A stretch of DNA of 64,000 nucleotides from Candidatus Anderseniibacteriota bacterium (lineage in GTDB: Bacteria > Patescibacteriota > Andersenbacteria > UBA10190): contig JACPWO010000002.1 of NCBI GenBank assembly GCA_016197005.1, positions 79,851-143,850 of the forward strand, written 5' to 3'. Below, in pieces: positions 18,741 through 26,690 of the stretch (positions within the stretch are counted from its first letter, which is position 1; each line of letters begins with the position of its first letter). Under the pieces are notes generated by a model, which saw only the letters and a program-made list of their open reading frames with translations, had not been told where the DNA came from and did not search any database. The position numbers were made by a program, and so were the translations under genes.

Positions 18741-20213
18741 ATGCAAAAGGAGCAAGTACAATATAGTTTTCTTGCTCTTTTTGTTTGGCTGCTCATTGCT
18801 GTTTTCTCCGCAGCCTATATTTACATCGGGTATTTGAATCTGACTCACCTGCGAGCAGGGGTGGATTTGGGAACTTACACCCAGCTACTCCACAACGTGA
18901 GCGAAAACCGAGTACCACCTTTTAATACTCTCAAGGAAATGGTTGCCTGGGGTGATCACGCCCACTTCATTCTGGCGATTTTTGCTCCGCTGTTTTCATT
19001 GTGGCCACATCCCATGTTCGTGGTGGTATTGCAGGTCATAGCACTTACCACGTCCGCCTGGCCAATATTTGCCATTGCTCGGAAAAAACTTGGCAGTGCT
19101 TTCTTTGCGCTGGCAATGACGATCGCGTACCTCGTTTTCTTTGGCGTTCAATATGCCCTGGATTTTGATTTCCATGCCAATACGCTTACAGCGGCAGCTT
19201 TGGCGTGGACATTCTATGCCTTTGAGACAAAGAAATGGCGATTGTTTTGGATAACATACGTGCTGGGACTACTGACACGAGAAGATGCGGCTGTCTTTTA
19301 TTTTGCATTGGCTGTCTATATTTTCTTAGCATACCGAAAGCAGTACAGACGGTTTTCGTTGATAATTGGCACTTTATCTCTCATTTATTTTTTTGCCGTT
19401 ACCTATTTTATTATGCCGCACTGGCAAGCGAGTGGAACACCGTTGGCATATTTTGATGTACCGGAATCTACTCGAAATCCAGTCGCTCTGGCTTGGTGGA
19501 TTATAACCAACCCCAAAACGATTTTACAGAACATGACGGAGTCAGACGTTGCTCGGCGTACGATGCGATACTTATTCCAATCCTTTGGCTTTCTTCCACT
19601 GGCTTCTCCCTTCACGTATCTGCTGGCTGCACCTAATTTCTTAGCCCGGTTCTTAAGTCCCGAAGGACAGCGTCATATGATGAATTTTCATTACAGTGTA
19701 AGTTTAGTTTCAATTTTGGCGTATGGAGCAATTCTGGGCACAGCTACCCTGACAAGCATACCTTCGTGGATAAGTCGGCGAACCTCTTCTCCAGCTCTTA
19801 AAAAATATATTATCTGGGCAGCTGCCGTAGTTTTATTGGTGGGCACACTCATATCTTCCTGGCGAGATATTGATTTGCCTCTAAGACAACTTCTGAGTGA
19901 AGAAGCGTTTAACCATCGATATGGTCTTGAAGTGCCATATGCAGAAGTACTGCAGCTACGTAACTCAATTTCACCCGAGGATAGTGTGGTTGCTACGTCG
20001 GGAGCAATTCCGCTCCTGGCAGTGCGTGAAGAAATATATTTGTTGCAGGAGATGCCAGTGAAGCCGGTTGATTGGGTTATTTTGACGCTGCGCGGAAATA
20101 CGTGGCCGCTTTCTCAAGCAGAGTTAGTTGAGACTGTAAGAAGTCTGCGATCAAGCCCTGAGTATGAACTTGTAGTTGGCAGTACCTACTTGGCAGTATT
20201 TCATCACCGGTAG
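18741..20213 (+). CDS. DUF2079-like polytopic membrane protein (putative GT-C glycosyltransferase)
   Basis: 490 aa, about 12 TM helices. The N-terminal loop motif GVDLGTYTQLL resembles the DUF2079 G.DLG.F.Q signature. There is a soluble C-terminal domain. Confidence 0.45.
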   Translation: MQKEQVQYSFLALFVWLLIAVFSAAYIYIGYLNLTHLRAGVDLGTYTQLLHNVSENRVPPFNTLKEMVAWGDHAHFILAIFAPLFSLWPHPMFVVVLQVIALTTSAWPIFAIARKKLGSAFFALAMTIAYLVFFGVQYALDFDFHANTLTAAALAWTFYAFETKKWRLFWITYVLGLLTREDAAVFYFALAVYIFLAYRKQYRRFSLIIGTLSLIYFFAVTYFIMPHWQASGTPLAYFDVPESTRNPVALAWWIITNPKTILQNMTESDVARRTMRYLFQSFGFLPLASPFTYLLAAPNFLARFLSPEGQRHMMNFHYSVSLVSILAYGAILGTATLTSIPSWISRRTSSPALKKYIIWAAAVVLLVGTLISSWRDIDLPLRQLLSEEAFNHRYGLEVPYAEVLQLRNSISPEDSVVATSGAIPLLAVREEIYLLQEMPVKPVDWVILTLRGNTWPLSQAELVETVRSLRSSPEYELVVGSTYLAVFHHR

Positions 20214-20225
20214 TACGGTTAGTTT

Positions 20226-21209
20226 ATGCAAAACCCCATTTCGTTTCACGAACATATATTGGAGGAAAAAACACTATCACCCGAAGTGCGAACTGATATT
20301 GAACGTATTTTGGATGACTTACTAATTGCTGTTAAAAGTATTCACAACAAACTCTCACGAGCTGGCCTAATAGATATCCAGGGAGAGGCTGGTAGTGAAA
20401 ACGCATCTGGCGATGCTGTAAAAAAGCTTGACCGAATTGCTCACGAGGCAGTTGTAAGTACGCTTCACGCAGGTGGATGCGTGGGGTTCATGGCGTCAGA
20501 AGAAGAAAAGGAAATTATTGGGGGAAGCTCAGATGGAAAATATGTAGTTGTGTTCGATCCGCTTGATGGTTCATCAAACATTGATGCCAATGTAAGTGTC
20601 GGGACTATTTTTTCTATTTATAAAAGAAAAAATGAGGCAGAGAATGCTAATGAGCAGGTATTGAGACGTGGTAGTGAGCAGATTGTTGCCGGATATGTCA
20701 TCTATGGTTCAAGCACAATGCTGGTATACACCGTCGGCGCCGGAACGCATGGCTTCACACTCGACCCTTCTCTCGGTGAATTTTATTTATCTCACCCACA
20801 TATTCAAACACCGGTTGATGGCACGGTGTACAGTATTAACGAAGTGTATGAACCACACTTTAGCGGTGCAATGAAGGCATTTTTAAGTGAGATAAAGGAA
20901 CATGGCCGATATACTGGACGCTACATTGGCAGTTTAGTAGCCGACGTCCATCGCAATTTACTGTATGGTGGCATATACATTTATCCCGACAAACCAAAAG
21001 CGAAATTGAGACTTTTGTATGAAGGGTTTCCGATGGGCTGGATAGTTGAGCAGGCTGGAGGGGCCGCTTCAAACGGAACACAAAAAATCTTAGACATGAT
21101 CCCAGCAGAACTGCACCAACGCACGCAATTGGTTATTGGTAGTAAGAATGATGTTGCTCGGTATGAGGAGTTGGTGAAACAAGAAGAGCTCGGTACAATT
21201 AACGCATGA
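20226..21209 (+). CDS. fbp: fructose-1,6-bisphosphatase class 1
   Basis: FBPase signature DPLDGSSNID, GRYIGSLVADVHRNLLYGGIY, 327 aa. Confidence 0.9.
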   Translation: MQNPISFHEHILEEKTLSPEVRTDIERILDDLLIAVKSIHNKLSRAGLIDIQGEAGSENASGDAVKKLDRIAHEAVVSTLHAGGCVGFMASEEEKEIIGGSSDGKYVVVFDPLDGSSNIDANVSVGTIFSIYKRKNEAENANEQVLRRGSEQIVAGYVIYGSSTMLVYTVGAGTHGFTLDPSLGEFYLSHPHIQTPVDGTVYSINEVYEPHFSGAMKAFLSEIKEHGRYTGRYIGSLVADVHRNLLYGGIYIYPDKPKAKLRLLYEGFPMGWIVEQAGGAASNGTQKILDMIPAELHQRTQLVIGSKNDVARYEELVKQEELGTINA

Positions 21210-22192
21210 ATAATCTTCACGAAATCGCCCGGGATTTGGCCGTACCGGGAAAAGGGATTTTAGCGGCTGATGAAAGTTTAAAGACAGCCAAAAAACGCCT
21301 CGAATCAGTAGGGGCAGAAGATAATGAAGAAAATCGTCGCATGTATCGTGAACTCTTCTTCACGGCTGACGGAATTGGTGATTACCTTTCAGGGGTGATC
21401 CTCTTTGATGAAACATTTTGGCAGAAGTCTTCCGATGGTACTCCGTTTGTAAAACTCCTCGAGAGTAAAGGGGTTATGCCTGGTATTAAAGTAGATATGA
21501 GTACGGCTCCAATGCCAAATTTCCCGGGAGAAGAATTTACACAAGGTTTTGATGGCCTTGCCCAGCGTTTAGAAAAATATGTTGAGGGAGGTGCCAAATT
21601 TACTAAGTGGCGCAATGTTATCCGCATTGGCGACACTATGCCTTCAGATATGAATTTACGAGAGATGGCTATAGGAATGGCCCATTACGCAGCAGCCGTC
21701 CAAGCAGTCGGAATGGTACCAATGGTGGAACCCGAAGTGCTCCTCGAAGGCAGTCATACTATTGAACAAGCTGAAGAAGTAACAACCAAAACACTGCAGC
21801 GTATGTTTGAAGAGATTAAGAATTATAACGTTGATGTGGCTGGATTGGTTTTGAAATCTAGTATGGTGCTGGCTGGAGATAAGGCTCCCAAACAATCGAC
21901 ACCAGAAGAAGTAGCAGAAGCAACCCTAAGAACATTTGAAGCTTCCGTGCCCGAAGAAGTTCCAAGTATTGTCTTTCTTTCTGGAGGACAAACTACCCAG
22001 CAAGCTACGGATAATCTTCAAGTAATTGCACAGAAGAATAATGGACCTTGGCAGATCAGTTTTTCGTATGCACGAGCACTCCAAGGACCAAGCCTCACCA
22101 TCTGGGCAGGGAAATCCGAAAACATTCCCGCCGCTCAAGAAAAATTCATTGAGCGCCTCAAGGAAACAGCTGCAGCCCGCGACGGAAAGTAG
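21206..22192 (+). CDS. fba: fructose-bisphosphate aldolase class I
   Basis: GKGILAADES N-terminal signature; about 330 aa with a class I architecture. Its ATG overlaps the fbp stop (ATGA). Confidence 0.9.
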   Translation: MNNLHEIARDLAVPGKGILAADESLKTAKKRLESVGAEDNEENRRMYRELFFTADGIGDYLSGVILFDETFWQKSSDGTPFVKLLESKGVMPGIKVDMSTAPMPNFPGEEFTQGFDGLAQRLEKYVEGGAKFTKWRNVIRIGDTMPSDMNLREMAIGMAHYAAAVQAVGMVPMVEPEVLLEGSHTIEQAEEVTTKTLQRMFEEIKNYNVDVAGLVLKSSMVLAGDKAPKQSTPEEVAEATLRTFEASVPEEVPSIVFLSGGQTTQQATDNLQVIAQKNNGPWQISFSYARALQGPSLTIWAGKSENIPAAQEKFIERLKETAAARDGK

Positions 22193-22228
22193 TCATCGCA
22201 ATAAAAATCCCCGTACAAATTTTTGAAA

Positions 22229-22702
22229 TTAGTATTTGAGGTTTTTCTTTATATCCACGCCGTTTTGCGAGATTCGCTCAAACACCGCGGCAGCAGTGGC
22301 GATTACGACAGAGACAAAAATCAGAAAAAGACCCATAGCAACCCCGCCCGCAATGTCATCACCAGGCCGAGCTATGAATAGGTAGGCTTCTGCCCCAACG
22401 ATAAAACCCCCAGTAATTAATACACAGTATTTTATAGTTCTCAGACCCTGTATGGCAGCTTGCGAGAATGCCTGATTTTGTCCGACGTATCCCAATACTT
22501 TAAATGCTTGATAAAGCGCCACGAAAAACGGAACGGATCCGATATACGCATACGCCAGAAAGGGATCTTTGAAATAGATCTCAAATAGGGTGGCGTGTAC
22601 ATTCCTGCCCTCGATGTGAGGTTCCCACAACAGGGCCGTAAGAATGCCGATGCCGATGAGTATAATAACTATTTGAAGAAATATTGTTGAACTTCTTTTC
22701 AT
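22229..22702 (-). CDS. small 4-TM membrane protein (DUF2975-like?)
   Basis: 157 aa with four hydrophobic helices. No recognised motifs. Confidence 0.35.
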   Translation of the reverse strand: MKRSSTIFLQIVIILIGIGILTALLWEPHIEGRNVHATLFEIYFKDPFLAYAYIGSVPFFVALYQAFKVLGYVGQNQAFSQAAIQGLRTIKYCVLITGGFIVGAEAYLFIARPGDDIAGGVAMGLFLIFVSVVIATAAAVFERISQNGVDIKKNLKY

Positions 22703-22844
22703 AATGGTTTTTATAAATTTATACTTCGTAGCTTAAGTTATTACTTATCGTTAGTCAATATATATTTATCGTTATTTATAGATAGAGAAAATGCTAAACC
22801 TTTTTTGTGCAGCGAAATCGAAAGAGAACGCAGACTATTTGAAG

Positions 22845-22917
22845 TGGACTGTAGCGGATTCGAACCGCTGACCTCTACAATGCGAATGTAGCGCTCTACC
22901 AACTGAGCTAACAGCCC
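22845..22917 (-). tRNA. tRNA-Ala (anticodon CGC)
   Basis: I folded the reverse complement GGGCTGTTAGCTCAGTTGGTAGAGCGCTACATTCGCATTGTAGAGGTCAGCGGTTCGAATCCGCTACAGTCCA by hand. It has a 7-bp acceptor stem with the Ala identity pair G3:U70. The anticodon stem is CTACA/TGTAG, the loop TTCGCAT gives anticodon CGC, and the T-arm is GGTTCGAATCC. CCA is not encoded. Confidence 0.85.
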
Positions 22918-23057
22918 GTATTCAAAATAATAGACAGAGAAGACGAATAAACAAATAACAGTTGAGAGTTAGCCATCATGCATATCTGTCAACCATGGCT
23001 GACTATATAGAATGAGTGCGCGCTTGCGGCAAGAGATAACACGGGAATACTCGAAGC

Positions 23058-23579
23058 ATGATGGTGCAGCTGAGATCTCGTCGTGCTCCTCCGTGGAGCC
23101 CTGCCTCCATGCGCGCTCTGCGTGAAATGGAAAAAAGATATGGCGCTGCTCAAGAACAAACCGATCACTTTGCGGTTTGGTATTTTAATGGGCCATGGAA
23201 ACGAACGGTAGTGTACCGCGAGACTGTACCACATCACTTTCCTCATCCCCACGAAGATGTGTTATCTCAAACAGTGGACTATCCCGTGCCGGTAAATAAA
23301 GTAGAAAAGCTTATGGAGTTTGATGGCAGTCTTGTTATCGATCGAACAAAGGGAGAGTTAACGGCTCACTGTAACAGTGAGGAACTTAATCGAGCACTTT
23401 TAAATTTGGCTCACGATATCGTTATTGGGAAGCAAACACCTGACGAAGCGCGTGAAATGTTGCGTAGTATTTACAATGCCCTCCGTCTAAATTGGCCGGA
23501 AGACTATGCAGTAGCCCTAAATTTTTCGAGATTGGACCCGCTCTACGAAGCCCGAGATCCCGACCGAGCGGGTAAATAG
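23058..23579 (+). CDS. hypothetical protein
   Basis: 173-aa ORF with no motifs I recognise. I prefer it over the overlapping antisense ORF at 22989..23252. The true start may be an internal Met (MRALREMEKRYG). Confidence 0.3.
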   Translation: MMVQLRSRRAPPWSPASMRALREMEKRYGAAQEQTDHFAVWYFNGPWKRTVVYRETVPHHFPHPHEDVLSQTVDYPVPVNKVEKLMEFDGSLVIDRTKGELTAHCNSEELNRALLNLAHDIVIGKQTPDEAREMLRSIYNALRLNWPEDYAVALNFSRLDPLYEARDPDRAGK

Positions 23580-23697
23580 CAGAACACACTTTTTCCTTAT
23601 TACAAGATAGACAAAGAAAGAACAGGTTGTTATAACAAACAGTTATGCCAATACAGCTGGGTGCACAGAAAATCAATAGGAAGGGAGGTGACAACAT

Positions 23698-24420
23698 ATG
23701 ATGAATCGTCTTTTCGCAAGCGTAGTCGCTATGGCTATGGTTTTTGCTCCAAACACTAGCATTGCTTTAGCTATCGGCGGTGCTGAAATCCAAATTGATG
23801 GGTTTGAACTCACTGAATGTGATCCAGATACCATCGAAGTTGCCTTCAATGTCGTGGTTGCCGAAGAAGGAGCCCTCGACTTAGTTGAAGTAAAGAAGGA
23901 TGGCACTATCCTCTTTGAAAGCGAACACGTTAATGATCCAGAAACAATTGAGTTCACAAAAGAAGCTCTCACTCCTGGTTCACACACGCTCACCGCAACC
24001 ATCTACAATAACGATGACAAAGAAGTTGTGCTCGTATCCGACACATACACCTTTGATGTAGAGTGCGAACGTTCTCCTCAGGTTATTGATGAGAGCAATG
24101 CGCACGTAAACATTAATGGTTCTGGCGGTGATGCAGATTGCTGCCCAGGTAACGGAGGGGGAAGCAGCGACAATGGATCTGACAAGACTTCTACTGTTGC
24201 AAAGAAACCAGCAGTAAAGGGTGCTACTACAAAGGCAGTCAGTTCTAAGAAGTCACTGAAGCCGTTGAACAGCGTATTTCGTTCTGTATTTGGCCGCACG
24301 CCAACGTTTACAGAGTGGAAATACTGGGCAAACCGGTATCTTACCGACAAGCCACAATGGAATGCTCTATACGGAGCTATGCAGTGGCACAAATTGCGTG
24401 GCCACACAATGGGTGCATAA
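23698..24420 (+). CDS. secreted protein with Lys-rich linker and conserved ~50-aa C-terminal module (shared with the S8 protease)
   Basis: Strong RBS GGAAGGGAGGTGA; signal peptide MMNRLFASVVAMAMVFAPNTSIALA. The C-terminus FRSVFGRTPTFTEWKYWANRYLTDKPQWNALYGAMQWHKLRGHT aligns with the C-terminus of the gene at 30622..32304. Confidence 0.55.
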   Translation: MMNRLFASVVAMAMVFAPNTSIALAIGGAEIQIDGFELTECDPDTIEVAFNVVVAEEGALDLVEVKKDGTILFESEHVNDPETIEFTKEALTPGSHTLTATIYNNDDKEVVLVSDTYTFDVECERSPQVIDESNAHVNINGSGGDADCCPGNGGGSSDNGSDKTSTVAKKPAVKGATTKAVSSKKSLKPLNSVFRSVFGRTPTFTEWKYWANRYLTDKPQWNALYGAMQWHKLRGHTMGA

Positions 24421-24446
24421 AACACATTAACGTGTGTTATAACCAA

Positions 24447-24476
24447 GCCCGCCTGTATAGGCGGGTTTTGGTTTTC
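24447..24476 (+). terminator. rho-independent terminator
   Basis: CCCGCCT-gtat-AGGCGGG stem-loop followed by TTTTGGTTTT. Confidence 0.6.
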
Positions 24477-24538
24477 TGACATTATTGGGGATAAGTGGTA
24501 TTGCCAGCAGTTCAATCGATCATTAGCGTAAGTATGAT

Positions 24539-25192
24539 ATGCAAAACGCATGGGGGACATGGGCGTTAGCGCTTGTTGCTTTTGGAGTATTTACTCTTGG
24601 GGCAGTAGAAGTGAAGGCTGTGAATTTTGACGAACTCCGTCAGCAGCTTGAGGAACGCCGAGCTGCTCGTCGTGCTCTTTTAGAAGAACGTTTTCCAGAT
24701 AGTAACGATAACGAGCCGACACAGCCAAATGAAAACGGAGAAGAAAATACTTTGCCACAAAATCCAGCGACATGTGAATGCTCCACAAAATTAGGATTAG
24801 CTCGTCCAGATATTCGTTGGAATAACGGAGTACTAGAATTAGTGCCAAGATTTGATGTAGCAATTACGGTTGATGGGGAAGAAGGCGCGGAGCCATGGGA
24901 TCTTACCTTGGCGTATAACGGGAAAGTAGAAAACACTACCTTCAACGGGCAGCGTCAGTTTGGAGCCCAATGTTTCGATGGTCGGTATAAATACAGTGGT
25001 ATTGCCAGTCAGCCAGTTACTGTGTCTAGTATTCTCCGCAGTGCTTTTGGAACAAAAGCAGATCAAGAAGTTCCGGTCCATCTAGCCGCTACGCTCAGTG
25101 GTTGTGACAGCGACAGTATTACGAAGCAAGCAGCGATTCGTATTAGAGATTTGGGGAATATGAAAATAGGTACCTGGAGAACCGTACGATAA
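24539..25192 (+). CDS. secreted hypothetical protein
   Basis: Signal peptide MQNAWGTWALALVAFGVFTLGAVEVKA; four Cys in the mature part. Confidence 0.45.
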   Translation: MQNAWGTWALALVAFGVFTLGAVEVKAVNFDELRQQLEERRAARRALLEERFPDSNDNEPTQPNENGEENTLPQNPATCECSTKLGLARPDIRWNNGVLELVPRFDVAITVDGEEGAEPWDLTLAYNGKVENTTFNGQRQFGAQCFDGRYKYSGIASQPVTVSSILRSAFGTKADQEVPVHLAATLSGCDSDSITKQAAIRIRDLGNMKIGTWRTVR

Positions 25193-25439
25193 TTACTACC
25201 ATTTGTAATATTTCATGATGTTTTTTGAATTGAAGCAAGAGCTGATGCAAGTAAAAAGTGAGTTAGAAAACAAAAAGTGGTCTAACTGTGGATAACTTCC
25301 TCTTGCGTATCATCTCTGTTCACATGACGATACAACGATCTCTTAAAAACGGTTATTTCAGCAGAATTTAAGGGAATTAGCCTTACAAACATAATGCAGA
25401 CGAACACAATAAATAAAATATGGAAGGAGGTGAGTGCAG

Positions 25440-26567
25440 ATGAATACACGATACTTAGCATCTTTGCTTAGCATTTCTACACTCGCTCTTCTTTTAACAG
25501 TAACGCCAGCAATGGCAGCTGTTGAAGTAGAAGTAGAGGGGGAAAATGCTAACACTGGCTCTGATTCTGATAACACCAATGATTATGATGTCGATAACGA
25601 CTATGATCTTGATGTTGATAACGACGGCGATGTTGATAACGATGCTGATGTTACTGCCGATACCGGCGATAACGATCAGAACGACAACACTACTGGCGGC
25701 GATCAGGAATCAGGCAAAATCAACGGTTCAGTCGAATGGGAGAACGTAGTTAACGCTAGCGCAGCTCTCGTTGGAGCAGATACAGATGGTAACCTCACGG
25801 TTGAAGGAGACTTCAACAATGAAGAAACCGGTTCTGATTCTGACAATACAAACGAATTGGACGTTGATAACGACGTAGATATCGACATCGACAATATTGC
25901 CGATATCTTGAACGATTTGGACTTTACCGCCGATACAGGCGATAATGACCAAAACGACAACACCACAGGCGGTGACCAAACTTCCGGCGACGCTACATTA
26001 GTAGCGATGTTCGGTAATTGGGCAAACAACGGTGGATACGCTGGGTCTGGCGCAGGAAGCGTCGAAGTCGAGGTTAAAGGTTCTAACCAGGAGACTGGTT
26101 CAGATTCCGATAATACGAACGACTTTGACATTGACAACGATTATGATCTCGACATCGATAACGATGCCGACTTTAATAACGATGTCGACGTAACGTTAGA
26201 CACAGGAGATAACGACCAGAGCCGCAACACTACTGGTGGAAGTCAAGAATCTGGCAAAGCTAAAGTTACAGTTGACCTCGTCAACGTAGCTAACAGCGGA
26301 GCTGGAGCTTCTACAGGTGGTAGCAGCATTGCGGTTGAAGCTAAAACAAGCAACAACCACACTGGTTCTGACTCGGACAACACTAACAACGTAGACGTCG
26401 ATAACGACGTTGACGTTGATGTTGAAAATGACGCTGACGTCGATAACGACGTTGATGTTACTGCCGATACAGGCGATAACGACCAGAATGACAACACCAC
26501 AGGAGGAAATCAAACTTCCGGTGATGTAGAGATTGAAATCTCAATCTCTAACGACGTGAACAACTAA
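25440..26567 (+). CDS. secreted Asp/Asn-rich tandem-repeat protein (4 x ~90 aa)
   Basis: RBS GGAAGGAGGTGA 9 nt upstream of the ATG at 25440; signal peptide MNTRYLASLLSISTLALLLTVTPAMA. There are four copies of TGSDSDNTN-x-DxDNDxDxDxDND-...-TADTGDNDQNDNTTGGxQxSG. Confidence 0.6.
   Translation: MNTRYLASLLSISTLALLLTVTPAMAAVEVEVEGENANTGSDSDNTNDYDVDNDYDLDVDNDGDVDNDADVTADTGDNDQNDNTTGGDQESGKINGSVEWENVVNASAALVGADTDGNLTVEGDFNNEETGSDSDNTNELDVDNDVDIDIDNIADILNDLDFTADTGDNDQNDNTTGGDQTSGDATLVAMFGNWANNGGYAGSGAGSVEVEVKGSNQETGSDSDNTNDFDIDNDYDLDIDNDADFNNDVDVTLDTGDNDQSRNTTGGSQESGKAKVTVDLVNVANSGAGASTGGSSIAVEAKTSNNHTGSDSDNTNNVDVDNDVDVDVENDADVDNDVDVTADTGDNDQNDNTTGGNQTSGDVEIEISISNDVNN
25556..26545 (+). repeat. in-frame tandem DNA repeat, about 270-nt period, 4 copies
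   Basis: Copies of GG(C/T)TC(T/A)GA(T/C)TC(T/C/G)GA(T/C)AA... begin at about 25556, 25830, 26098 and 26364. Confidence 0.6.
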
Positions 26568-26690
26568 CAGCTAGGACGTACGTCACAGCTGAACTAAAAG
26601 TTCACCCGTTTGTGAGCGGGAGGCAGGCCTTAAAACTTGTCTTCCGCCACGAGCGATGGTATATAGAGGAGATTTTTAAAATATTCATGA

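Noticed and set aside
22989-23252. An 87-aa minus-strand ORF overlapping the 23058..23579 plus-strand ORF.
   Set aside because: It is shorter and has less protein-like composition. I kept the plus-strand ORF, though with low confidence.
25556-26545. The tandem repeats were checked as a possible CRISPR array.
   Set aside because: The period is about 270 nt, not 28-37 nt with spacers. The repeats are in-frame coding units of one protein. No cas genes are nearby.
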